DNA from: Dehalococcoidia bacterium
Lineage (GTDB): Bacteria; Chloroflexota; Dehalococcoidia; Bin125
Direction of reading: 5' to 3'
Length of the DNA: 64,000 bases
Assembly: GCA_963663235.2 (NCBI GenBank)
Contig: CAXXNO010000006.1
Span: forward strand, 64,001-128,000
Positions 29,317 through 37,892 of the stretch are shown here, in pieces. Every line of letters begins with the position of its first letter. Position 1 is the first letter of the stretch. Made by a program: the position numbers and the translations under genes. Under the pieces are notes generated by a model. That model had not been told where the DNA came from and ran no database searches. It saw only the letters and a list, made by a program, of their open reading frames with translations.

Positions 29317-29574
29317 CTACTGGTCCGAGACGCCTTTTTGCTTCAGGAAGTTGATGGCGTCGCCCACGGTGGCGAGCCCTTCGGCCTCTTCGTCGGAGAT
29401 CTCCAGCGAGGGAACTTCCTCTTTGAACTCGTCCTCGAGGGCCATGATCAGTTCGACGAGGTCCAGGGAGTCGGCGCCGAGGTCGTCGATGAACGACGCT
29501 TTCGGCGTGATGGCATCGGCGTCGACGCCCAATTGGTTTTCGATGATCGTGCGAACGCGCTCAAGCAAGGCCAC
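29317..29574 (-). CDS. acpP: Acyl carrier protein
   Basis: [14 protein letters not shown]. Confidence 0.97.
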   Translation of the reverse strand: MALLERVRTIIENQLGVDADAITPKASFIDDLGADSLDLVELIMALEDEFKEEVPSLEISDEEAEGLATVGDAINFLKQKGVSDQ

Positions 29575-30022
29575 GGGGCTCCTCCGTCTCTTGGACTGCC
29601 GCTACGGGCACGGCTACCCGTTCGCGGCTGATTGTTCCGAGGACGCCATTGACGAACCGCCGGCCTCCGTCGCTGCCGTAGGTCTTGGCCAGCTCGACAG
29701 CCTCGTTAATCACGGCGCCGCTGGGAACGGCGGCATTATTGAACAAGAGTTCGTAGAGCGCAATGCGCAGCGCCGTGCGGTCAACCGGGGAGATCTGCGC
29801 TACGGGCCAGGCCGGGGCCGTCTCTTGGATGCAGCGATCAATTTCTTCCCGGTGCGTCTGGGTCTCCGTCACCAGATGCTCCGCGTAGCGCGCCTCTGAG
29901 GAGGACAGGGGCTCGTCGGCCTGGCGCCGGGTGAGCACAGCCATGGCTTCCATGAAACCGAAGTCGGCTTCGAAGAGCGTCTGAAAGGCGCGCAGGCGGC
30001 CCTTGCGGAAGAGGTTCGCCAC
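29561..30022 (-). CDS. nusB: Transcription antitermination factor
   Basis: [27 protein letters not shown]. Confidence 0.96.
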   Translation of the reverse strand: MANLFRKGRLRAFQTLFEADFGFMEAMAVLTRRQADEPLSSSEARYAEHLVTETQTHREEIDRCIQETAPAWPVAQISPVDRTALRIALYELLFNNAAVPSGAVINEAVELAKTYGSDGGRRFVNGVLGTISRERVAVPVAAVQETEEPRGLA

Positions 30023-30048
30023 GAGATTCCTTTTCGAGACCGCACTGG

Positions 30049-30990
30049 CTAGCGGTCGGATCCGATCGACCGTGCGTCACTCAAGTTCACGAGAATGGGC
30101 TGCACCTGCGGTGCGATCCGTTTGACCAGTCCGGTCAACACCATTCCGGGCCCGAATTCGAGGAAGCGGCGCACCCCATGTTCCACCATGAACTCAACCG
30201 AATGCTGCCAGCGAACTGCCTGAGCGACCTGCCGCTTCAGCTCATCGCGGACCGCCTCGACGGAGCGTAGCGCCTCCGCGGTGACGTTGGCGACCAGAGG
30301 CACGTCCGGCTCGCGGAGATCTAAGCGGTCGAGTTCGGGGATCATGGCCGTGGCGACCGGCCGCATCAAGGACGAATGAAACGCCGCGCTGACGCGCAGG
30401 GGCAGGGCGCGCCGGGCGCCGCGCGCCTTGGCGAGGTCGATGGCGCGGACGACCGCGGAGCGGGATCCACCGATCACGATCTGAGTGGCGGCATTGATGT
30501 TGCAGATCTCGGCGCCGGTTTCCCGACAGACGGCCTCCACTTCCTCTTCGTGCAAGCCCATGATGGCGGCCATGGAGCCCGGGTTGGCCCGGCCCGCTTC
30601 TTGCATCAGGCGGCCCCTCTCCTGGACCAAGCGGATGCCGTCTTCTAGGTCCAAGGACCCGGCGGCGATCAGGGCCGTGTACTCGCCAAGGCTGTGCCCG
30701 GCGACGAAGGCCGGCTCCTGGTGCAGATGGGGATTGACCTGCCTGGCGATGGCCAAGCAGACAATACTGGTAACCAGGATGGCCGGCTGCGCGTTGACGG
30801 TCTGGCGCAGGCTGTCTTCGGGGCCCTCAAAGATGATCTGGGAGAGGGGTCGATCCAGGGCCTTGTCGGCGCGTTCAAAGATGCTGCGCGCCTCTGGGTA
30901 GGCTTCCCACAGGTCGCGTCCCATGCCGACTTGTTGCGCGCCCTGTCCGGGGAACAGCCAGGCGCAGTCCGAGGCGGCGACTGGGCTCAC
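30049..30990 (-). CDS. fabD: Malonyl-CoA:ACP transacylase
   Basis: FPGQGAQ, GHSLGEY, AFHS. Confidence 0.97.
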   Translation of the reverse strand: MSPVAASDCAWLFPGQGAQQVGMGRDLWEAYPEARSIFERADKALDRPLSQIIFEGPEDSLRQTVNAQPAILVTSIVCLAIARQVNPHLHQEPAFVAGHSLGEYTALIAAGSLDLEDGIRLVQERGRLMQEAGRANPGSMAAIMGLHEEEVEAVCRETGAEICNINAATQIVIGGSRSAVVRAIDLAKARGARRALPLRVSAAFHSSLMRPVATAMIPELDRLDLREPDVPLVANVTAEALRSVEAVRDELKRQVAQAVRWQHSVEFMVEHGVRRFLEFGPGMVLTGLVKRIAPQVQPILVNLSDARSIGSDR

Positions 30991-31178
30991 TCCCCGGCTT
31001 CCTCGACCTTGAGGACTGCCCGCCCTCGATAATTGCCGCAGACATAGCAGACGTGGTGCGCCACGGTCAGCGATCGGCAGGTGCTACAGGTGACGACCGT
31101 CGCACGGCGCTGACGCAGGTGTTGGCGGCGCAAACGCTGCCGCGTCTTGGCGTATTTCCGTTTCGGCAACGGCGCCAT
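30987..31178 (-). CDS. rpmF: 50S ribosomal protein L32
   Basis: MAPLPKRK...CSTC...HHVCYVCGNYRG from ATG 31178 with AGGAG SD. Confidence 0.93.
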   Translation of the reverse strand: MAPLPKRKYAKTRQRLRRQHLRQRRATVVTCSTCRSLTVAHHVCYVCGNYRGRAVLKVEEAGE

Positions 31179-31207
31179 TGGTGGGCTCCTCTTCTCCGCG
31201 CGCCCGT

Positions 31208-31708
31208 CTACTCCAAGTCGCCTCGCAGCGCCTTGAGCGCCTGCCAGCGGCGGTCGTCGCCGGCCTCGCGTTCCTCGCCGCGCTGGGGGGCAGCGCTGGC
31301 GACGCCCGGACAGGCCGGACCGCAGAGCGGCCGCATTGGTCGCGTCATCTCGCCATATTGGCGCACAGCTTCCGTGAGGTCGAGGATGCCTCCGACAATC
31401 GGGAAACCTTCGCGCTCCTCGGGCACCAGCACTCGCTCCCGTGTGAGCGGCTGATACTCGGGCCAGAACTCCTCGCTGAAAGCGACCTCCAGGCTCACGG
31501 GAACGGGCCGCAGGCAATCGCTGCAGCGCTCTGTGATGGTGGCTCGAAGCCGGGTGGTGGCGAGGATCGAGCCGTCGGTTCGGAGGAGGTCCACGTCGCC
31601 GCTGAGAGTTGTCGCGTGACCGTAGAAGTCGAAGGGCTCCGCAGCCAGCGCGTAGCGGCGACGGCTCCCAATCGGCTGCTGTAACAGGGTGGAGACGTTG
31701 AAGTGCAT
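31208..31708 (-). CDS. yceD: YceD/DUF177 family protein
   Basis: CSDCL, LDLTEAVRQ, PLC, DRRWQALKAL, upstream of rpmF. Confidence 0.88.
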   Translation of the reverse strand: MHFNVSTLLQQPIGSRRRYALAAEPFDFYGHATTLSGDVDLLRTDGSILATTRLRATITERCSDCLRPVPVSLEVAFSEEFWPEYQPLTRERVLVPEEREGFPIVGGILDLTEAVRQYGEMTRPMRPLCGPACPGVASAAPQRGEEREAGDDRRWQALKALRGDLE

Positions 31709-31782
31709 GCTGCTCCCGCCCGGATTGAGCGCTTGCGGGCGGCGGGTTTCACCGTATCAGAGGGGCACGGAGGGGTCGGATC

Positions 31783-31811
31783 TTGCGCCAACGAACATCG
31801 GTTCGTATGCT
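31783..31811 (+). promoter_or_regulatory. Sigma70 promoter with perfect LexA (Cheo) box in the spacer
   Basis: TTGCGC (31783) then 17 nt then TATGCT (31806). The spacer contains CGAACATCGGTTCG (31792-31805). Confidence 0.75.
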
Positions 31812-31843
31812 CCAGATACCCTAATCGAAGCGGACAAAACGGC

Positions 31844-32542
31844 GTGATCGACGTCGGTGACCTGTCTTACCTCCAAGAGATCGACCTCCAGCTGGACGTC
31901 GTGCAGGATGCACTTCGCGAAGTGGAGGCGCGCTTGGGCGGGAATTCGCTGCTGCCCGCCCTTGAGGCGGAGGCCCAGGCCCAGGCGCAGTTGTTGGACG
32001 CGGCTCGTCAGGAGCGCATAAGCGTGGAGACAACGGGCGACGACGCCCGGAGCAAGATTGAGGCCGAGGACGGGAAGCTTTACGGCGGCACCATCAAGGA
32101 TCCCCGAGAACTCCGAAACCTGCAGGAGGAGATCTTCGCGCTGCGCCGGACGCTCAAGGCGCAGGAGGACGACCTGCTGACGCGTATCGAAGAGGAGGAG
32201 GGGGCGGATGTGGCCGGAGCGCACGTGCAAGGGCTGGTGAAGGCTACGACCGTCGCCTGGGAGGCGGAGCAGCAGGAGTTAGAGAAGCGACGCGCGGAGC
32301 TGACCACCGAGGCAGCGGGCGTCCAGGCTGAGATCAAGACGCACCGCGCCGAGATCCAGCCGGAGGGGCTCGCTGCCTATGACAGCCAGCGCCGCATCAT
32401 GCCGGTCGCCATCGCGCGCGTGCAAGGAGGCGCATGCAGCGGCTGTCGGCTGACGCTGCCGATCTACGCCATCAACCGAGCGCGACGCGGGCAGGCTGCG
32501 GTGCGGTGTCCGTCCTGCCAGCGGATCCTGTACGTGGCGTAG
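31844..32542 (+). CDS. Coiled-coil + C4 zinc-ribbon protein (DUF164/HP0958/CT398-like)
   Basis: LQEIDLQLD, long coiled coil, KLYGG, CSGC...CPSCQRILY. Confidence 0.88.
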   Translation: MIDVGDLSYLQEIDLQLDVVQDALREVEARLGGNSLLPALEAEAQAQAQLLDAARQERISVETTGDDARSKIEAEDGKLYGGTIKDPRELRNLQEEIFALRRTLKAQEDDLLTRIEEEEGADVAGAHVQGLVKATTVAWEAEQQELEKRRAELTTEAAGVQAEIKTHRAEIQPEGLAAYDSQRRIMPVAIARVQGGACSGCRLTLPIYAINRARRGQAAVRCPSCQRILYVA

Positions 32543-32549
32543 AGTCACG

Positions 32550-33965
32550 ATGCACGCCGTCGGCTACTTCAGCGAGAGCCGCCCGAGCGAGCAGGCCTGC
32601 TCGCTCTCCGACCAAAACGATGCCTTCCTGGACACTTGCAGGCAACAGGGCTATGAGCCTACGGCCTCCTTTCTCGATACCGCTCTCGACGGCGACCGCC
32701 CCGGCTTTGAGCAACTCCTCAACTACCTCGGCCGGCCCGACCGCGGCTTCATCGTGGTGGTCGTTATGGCGTTCGCGCACTTGGGGGCGGCACAGATCGA
32801 AGCGGCGCGCACGTACTACCAACTGATCGCGCGCGGCGCCAAAGTGGTCAGCATCAAGGAAGGGCCGCTGGATGAGGCGCGATTGCTGGAACTCTGGGCG
32901 GCAGCGAGCCCCACGGACGCGATGCGGGAGCGGGTCCGCAATGCCATGCGCCGGCGCGCGGTATCCGGCCAGGTCCTGGGACGTCCCGCGTACGGCTATC
33001 GCGTGGGGCCGGACCGACGCCTGGAGTTGGTGGAAGAGGAAGCGGTGGTGGTGCGCCATATTTTCTCGCTGTACTTGCAGGAGGGGCTGGGAGTCCGGCG
33101 TATCGCCAAGCGACTCAACGAGGATGGCTTCCAGACCCGTCGCCGGGCCAACTGGAGCATGGTCACCATCCGCGACATCCTGCGCAATCGGGTGTACCTG
33201 GGCACCTACGCCCGCTTCGGCGTTCGAGTGCCCGGCAGTCACCCGGCGATCGTGAGCGAGGAGGATTTCCGCAAGGTCCAACAGGGGTTGGAACGCCGTC
33301 GCACGGTGGCGGCGCCCGCCACGCGCAGCAATTATCTCCTTTCGGGGCTGGCGCACTGCGATGCCTGCGGGAATCGAATGATCGGCGTTTCACGCCGCCA
33401 GCAATGGACCCGTGGCAACGGCGAGACCGTCAAGCAGACCTACCGCTATTACCAGTGCGAATCGAGAACGAATCAGTCGATGTGCGATTACCACACGCGT
33501 CGCGCCGACGAGCTGGAGGCGGAGGTGGTGGCGCACGTGACGGGGGCGGAGCCGGGCGCACGGCGGCCGTCGGTCATCAGCGCAGGCAACGCGGACGCCG
33601 TGGCGGCGGAGACGGCAACGGCGACGGCGCGCGTCCGTGGACGTCTGCGGCTTCTCGATCGACGCCTCTCCGAGCAACTCACGCGGGCGGCGGCCGGCCA
33701 GCTCTCGCGCGATCGGCTCCGCGCGATCGCCGACTCCCTGGTCGCCGAGCACCAGGATGCGGAGGAGGAGTTGCGCGGGCACCACGACCGGGCGTCGCTG
33801 CAGGTGTCGGCTATCGCCCGCCGCCAGCATCAAGAGCGGCAGGTGGAGCGCATCCGCGGCGAATGGTCTCGTCTCTCCTTTGCCGCGCGGCAGGCGATGG
33901 TGCGCGATCTCGTTGAGAAGGTCGTCGTCAGCGATGACGAGGTCACGACGGTGCTGCGCCCATGA
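32550..33965 (+). CDS. Large serine recombinase-like protein with degenerate catalytic domain
   Basis: Resolvase-like N-terminus (SLSDQ, DRPGF), recombinase domain (PAYGY, IAKRLN, ILRNRVYLG, HPAIV), zinc ribbon (LLSGLAHCDACG, YYQC), coiled coil. Confidence 0.9.
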   Translation: MHAVGYFSESRPSEQACSLSDQNDAFLDTCRQQGYEPTASFLDTALDGDRPGFEQLLNYLGRPDRGFIVVVVMAFAHLGAAQIEAARTYYQLIARGAKVVSIKEGPLDEARLLELWAAASPTDAMRERVRNAMRRRAVSGQVLGRPAYGYRVGPDRRLELVEEEAVVVRHIFSLYLQEGLGVRRIAKRLNEDGFQTRRRANWSMVTIRDILRNRVYLGTYARFGVRVPGSHPAIVSEEDFRKVQQGLERRRTVAAPATRSNYLLSGLAHCDACGNRMIGVSRRQQWTRGNGETVKQTYRYYQCESRTNQSMCDYHTRRADELEAEVVAHVTGAEPGARRPSVISAGNADAVAAETATATARVRGRLRLLDRRLSEQLTRAAAGQLSRDRLRAIADSLVAEHQDAEEELRGHHDRASLQVSAIARRQHQERQVERIRGEWSRLSFAARQAMVRDLVEKVVVSDDEVTTVLRP

Positions 33966-33975
33966 CCGCCCTCTC

Positions 33976-34389
33976 GTGCGGCTAGTCGCTTACGCGGACG
34001 GCGCCTCGCGCGGCAACCCGGGGCCGGCCGCCTATGGTGGTGCTCTCTACAGCGAAGCGGGGGTGGAAGTGCGTGCCGTGGCGCGGGCGATCGGTCGCGG
34101 GACCAACAACGATGCGGAGTATCAGGCCGCCATCGCGGTGCTCGAAGCGGCGCTGGAGATGCAGGCCACGGAGGTCGAGTTGCGCTTGGACTCGGAGTTG
34201 GTGGTGCGGCAAATCACCGGGATCTACCGGGTCCGCAGCGAACGGTTGCGCGGCTACTACGATCGGGTCTTGGCGCTCATAGAGCAACTGGAGCGTTTCC
34301 ACGTGCATCACATCCCGCGCGAGCAGAACCGCCGCGCCGACGCACTGGCGAACGGGGCGCTGGATGGCCGGCCCGCGAGCGCACCGTAG
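33976..34389 (+). CDS. rnhA: Ribonuclease HI
   Basis: YADGASRGNPG, TNNDAEY, DSELVVRQ, HIPREQNRRADALAN. Start at GTG 33976 or ATG 33934. Confidence 0.92.
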   Translation: MRLVAYADGASRGNPGPAAYGGALYSEAGVEVRAVARAIGRGTNNDAEYQAAIAVLEAALEMQATEVELRLDSELVVRQITGIYRVRSERLRGYYDRVLALIEQLERFHVHHIPREQNRRADALANGALDGRPASAP

Positions 34390-34402
34390 CGGAGCCGTAG
34401 TA
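34325..34402 (+). repeat. 78-bp direct repeat, copy 1 (3' end of rnhA)
   Basis: Matches 35799-35876 at 77/78 nt. Confidence 0.95.
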
Positions 34403-35798
34403 CGCAGCATTCCATATCGATGAGAATCGACGGCTGACAGGCCGTGCTGTTTACATCTGGACACACTGGTAACTAGGGTTTCGTCTGTCGTCCAATGAAA
34501 GGGCGTGCCAACGACTCCGTTGGCAATTGGTTGGCAACGACGTGCCTACGTCCGCGCCGGCAACGCGTCTTACCGCCGCTGGCTTCTCCGACGCGCGTGA
34601 ATGATCGCCTCTGCCTTCGTCTCTGTGGGCAGCAATCCATCGGTGCTGCAGCGGGGCTCGCGGAGTTCGTCTTCGCTGGCGTCTCCTCGCTTCGGCATGG
34701 CCGACGCTACGGTATACTCGCGCTCCCTCAGTTCTGACAGAGTCCTCTGAAGGAGACTCTCATGTCCGCCAGCGTATCTGACATCGAACTGCACGGCCCA
34801 GGCGGCGGCGCACGCCGGGGGAACAAGATCGAAGCCAAGGAGTTGTCGGCGACCTTCACGGTGACCGTGGATACCGATGGTTGCTACGCGATCTTCGTCT
34901 CCCTCTGGGAAGATGACGACAACTTGCTGTGGTTCTTGAATCCAGACGAGAAGGGCCTGGGATACGAGAAACGCAATCGAATGCCACTGCCTAACGGCGG
35001 GCGAGGCCCAGGAGTTCGAGATTGGGGCGACCGCGTCGGAGGACCCCGCCGAACCCCCGGCGCCGGACCCGGACTCCAGCGTCATCCCTCTGGCGCCGAT
35101 GAAGGGGAATTGGCCCAAGTCGGATGCGGGAGGGGAAATCGAGTTGCGCCTCGAAGTAGAGGTCAAGCTCTGCACGCCGAATTGTGGCAAGGAGTGTGAT
35201 GACTACAACTACTTTACGGATAGTTTCGGCGATCCAGTCGGCAAGGGAAGCTCGGAGCTGGTGGACATCCCTCTTCCCGGCGGCAAGGAGCCGCATGAAA
35301 TCATGAAAGAGGCCGTCAAGGCGGCTGCCCCATCGGTCATCGGCGAGTTGATGAAGTCTACCCGTTCGGAAGAAGCGACTGAGGCCGTGTCTGCAGATCT
35401 CGCGTGGAGAGAAGGCGTGTCGAAGCAATTGAGGGCCCTCCAGCGAAGCGTCCGGGCGACGGAGGAGCGCATGATCTCGGAGCGCGCGAGAGTGAAGCGC
35501 GCTCGCTCCGAACGTCGTAGGCGGAGGCCCCGTGAACGAAGCTAAGTCCGACGAGAGAGCTGCGTAGCCCACGTCGGCCAGGACCAGCGTCTAGATCCGC
35601 GCTGACAATGTCCGCAGAGTCGTAGGCCGTGGGGTGTTGCGCTACGACGAGGGGAAGAGGAAAGGGGGGTCGGAGGCCGGCTGGGGGCGCTAGGGCTTCT
35701 GGCTTCGACGTGACGGGTGGCATGGGGCTCTCCACGCTGGACCCGTTGCTGGGCCGTGTGCAGGTGCGATTGGTGTGCATCCAGACGTGCCACCCTGT
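34403..35798. mobile_element. 1.4-kb islet bounded by 78-bp direct repeats
   Basis: Flanked by the duplicated rnhA 3' end, atypical composition, no mobility gene inside. Confidence 0.65.
34762..35545 (+). pseudogene. Frameshifted hypothetical gene (islet cargo)
   Basis: AAGGAG SD and ATG 34762. Protein-like sequence continues in the +1 frame from ~34960 (DTRNAIECHCLTAGEAQEF...) to the stop at 35545. Confidence 0.55.
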
Positions 35799-35876
35799 AG
35801 AACCGCCGCGCCGACGCCCTGGCGAACGGGGCGCTGGATGGCCGGCCCGCGAGCGCACCGTAGCGGAGCCGTAGTA
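35799..35876 (+). repeat. 78-bp direct repeat, copy 2 (overlaps rnpB promoter)
   Basis: Matches 34325-34402 at 77/78 nt and runs into TAGGAT (35875-35880). Confidence 0.95.
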
Positions 35877-35886
35877 GGATCAAGAC

Positions 35887-36258
35887 GGGCCAGGTGGCCG
35901 GGTGGCTGCGGTCCTTCCGGCAGTGGAAGGGCTGAGGAAAGTCCGAGCTCCACCGAGACGGGGCGCTGGGTAACACCCAGGAGGGGCGACCCTACGGAAA
36001 GCGCCACAGAAACATACCGCCCTTCCCGAAGGGGAAGGGCAAGGGTGAAATGGTGCGGTAAGAGCGCACCAGCGGCCGGGCGACCGGCCGGCTGGGCAAG
36101 CCCCGCCCGGAGCAAGACCACGTAGGAGGGCTATGGGAGTCTCGGCCCGCCCTCGGGTAGGTCGCTTGAGGCGGCGGGTAACTGTCGTCCTAGATAGATG
36201 GCCACCCCCTGTCGCTACGGCGGCGGGGACAGAACTCGGCTTACAGGCCACCTGGCCC
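35887..36258 (+). ncRNA. rnpB: RNase P RNA (class A)
   Basis: GAGGAAAGTCC, AGCGCCACAGAAA, GGTGCGGTAAGAGCGCACC, AGAACTCGGCTTA. P1 helix GGGCCAGGTGGCC/GGCCACCTGGCCC. Confidence 0.97.
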
Positions 36259-36280
36259 ACTTCTCTTTCAGGCGAAGGCC

Positions 36281-37822
36281 GTGCCTAGGGCTGCCGTGGG
36301 CCGTGCGTTGCCCGATTTGCTGAATGCGACGCGGGTGCTGGCGGTGCATGGGCGGCCGCCGGCCCAGCCCGCGTCCCAGCTGAGCCAGGACTCGCGCGAG
36401 ATTGCTCCGGGGGCCTGCTTCGTGGCGGTGCCCGGCTTCCACGTCGACGGGCACGCGTACCTGGAGGAGGCGCTGGCGGCGGGAGCGGCGGCGGTGGTGG
36501 TGCAGGCCGATCGCCGGGCGTTGTGGGAGCCGCTCCTCGCGCGACCGCAGATCACAGTGGTCGAGGTTCCCGATACCCGCGCGGCGCTGGCGGACCTGGC
36601 CGCGGCCTTCCATGGATTTCCCGCTCGCTCGCTCACCGTGGTCGGCGTCACGGGCACCGACGGCAAGAGCACCACCAGTTATCTCATCTCCTCGATTCTC
36701 GAGGCGGCCGGAGGCCGCACCGGAATGATTAGCGGCGTGCAGTTCAAGGTCGGTGGCGAGTGGCGGATGAACGACCTCACCCAGACCAGTCCAGAGGCAC
36801 CGCTGGTGCAGGCGCTCCTGGCAGAGATGGTCGAGGCTCGTGTGACGCATGCCATCATCGAGTCGACGTCGCACGGGCTGGCGCTCCACCGGCTGGACCA
36901 CTGCGAGTACGACGTTGCGGTGTTCACCGGTCTGAGCGACGACCATTTGGATTTCCACGAAACGCGTGAGGCGTATATCGCGGCCAAGGCGGGTCTCTTT
37001 GCCGCCCTCGATCAGGCGTGCGACAAGGGCGTGCCGAAGCGCGGCGTCGTCAATGCGGACGATCCCCATGCCGGCGCGATGCAGGCGGCCACCCGAGCGT
37101 CGCTCATTCGCGTTGCTCTTGACGCGCCGGCGGTGGATGTCACCGCCACCGATCTCATGGAGGGGGCGGACGGCACGGAGTTTCTCTTGGTGACCGACGT
37201 GGGAGACGCGCGTGTCGACCTGCCGCTGCCGGGTCGGTTCAACGTGCGCAACGCCCTCGCTGCCGCGGGCGCCGGCCGTGCGCTGGGTGTTGCCCCCGAG
37301 GTGATTGCGCGCGGCCTCTCGAGCGTCGGCGGCGTGCCGGGGCGGATGGAGCGGATCGACGGCGGGCAGCCCTTTACCGTCGTCGTCGATGCGGCCGCAA
37401 CGACTGACGCGTTCCGTGTCGTGCTCGGCTCGATCAAGCCGCTCGTGACCGGGCGCCTGATCGCGGTTTTCGGCTGTGCCGGCGAGCGCGATCCCGGCCG
37501 CCGGCCGGGGATGGGCCGCGCCGCGGCGGAATACGCCGATTACACGGTGATCACGAGCGAGAATCCGCGCTCGGAAGAGCCGGGCGCCATCGTGCGGGAG
37601 ATCGCCGTGGCGATGGAGGGCGCCGGGCGCCGGACAGGCGTCGATTTTGAGGAGGAGCCCGACCGCCGGTCGGCCATCGCGCGGGCTCTGGAGTTGGCCG
37701 AAGCGAACGATTACGTCCTGATCGCCGGCAAGGGCGCCGAGCAGTCGCTCATCGTGGGCGACAGCGTGCAGCCCTGGGACGACCGCACCGTCACGCGCGA
37801 GTTGCTCGCCCAGCGTGGGTGA
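36281..37822 (+). CDS. murE: MurE-family amino acid ligase
   Basis: DSREI, VDGH, VTGTDGKSTT, STSHGL, DHLDFH, VPGRME, FGCAGERD, IAGKG. Confidence 0.88.
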   Translation: MPRAAVGRALPDLLNATRVLAVHGRPPAQPASQLSQDSREIAPGACFVAVPGFHVDGHAYLEEALAAGAAAVVVQADRRALWEPLLARPQITVVEVPDTRAALADLAAAFHGFPARSLTVVGVTGTDGKSTTSYLISSILEAAGGRTGMISGVQFKVGGEWRMNDLTQTSPEAPLVQALLAEMVEARVTHAIIESTSHGLALHRLDHCEYDVAVFTGLSDDHLDFHETREAYIAAKAGLFAALDQACDKGVPKRGVVNADDPHAGAMQAATRASLIRVALDAPAVDVTATDLMEGADGTEFLLVTDVGDARVDLPLPGRFNVRNALAAAGAGRALGVAPEVIARGLSSVGGVPGRMERIDGGQPFTVVVDAAATTDAFRVVLGSIKPLVTGRLIAVFGCAGERDPGRRPGMGRAAAEYADYTVITSENPRSEEPGAIVREIAVAMEGAGRRTGVDFEEEPDRRSAIARALELAEANDYVLIAGKGAEQSLIVGDSVQPWDDRTVTRELLAQRG

Positions 37823-37892
37823 GGCGGCACAGGCGGAGCGGCGCAGCGCGGGCGGATGCAGTACTCTCGCCCGAACGAAGAGAGGGAGGCGC

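Noticed and set aside
33962-33985. ATG overlapping the recombinase stop as the rnhA start (implying a frameshift)
   Set aside because: Out of frame and closes after 7 codons; the in-frame GTG at 33976 gives a complete RNase H.
32550-35876. Prophage/ICE integrated by the serine recombinase
   Set aside because: No phage or conjugation genes, the recombinase lies outside the direct repeats, and its catalytic motifs are degenerate.
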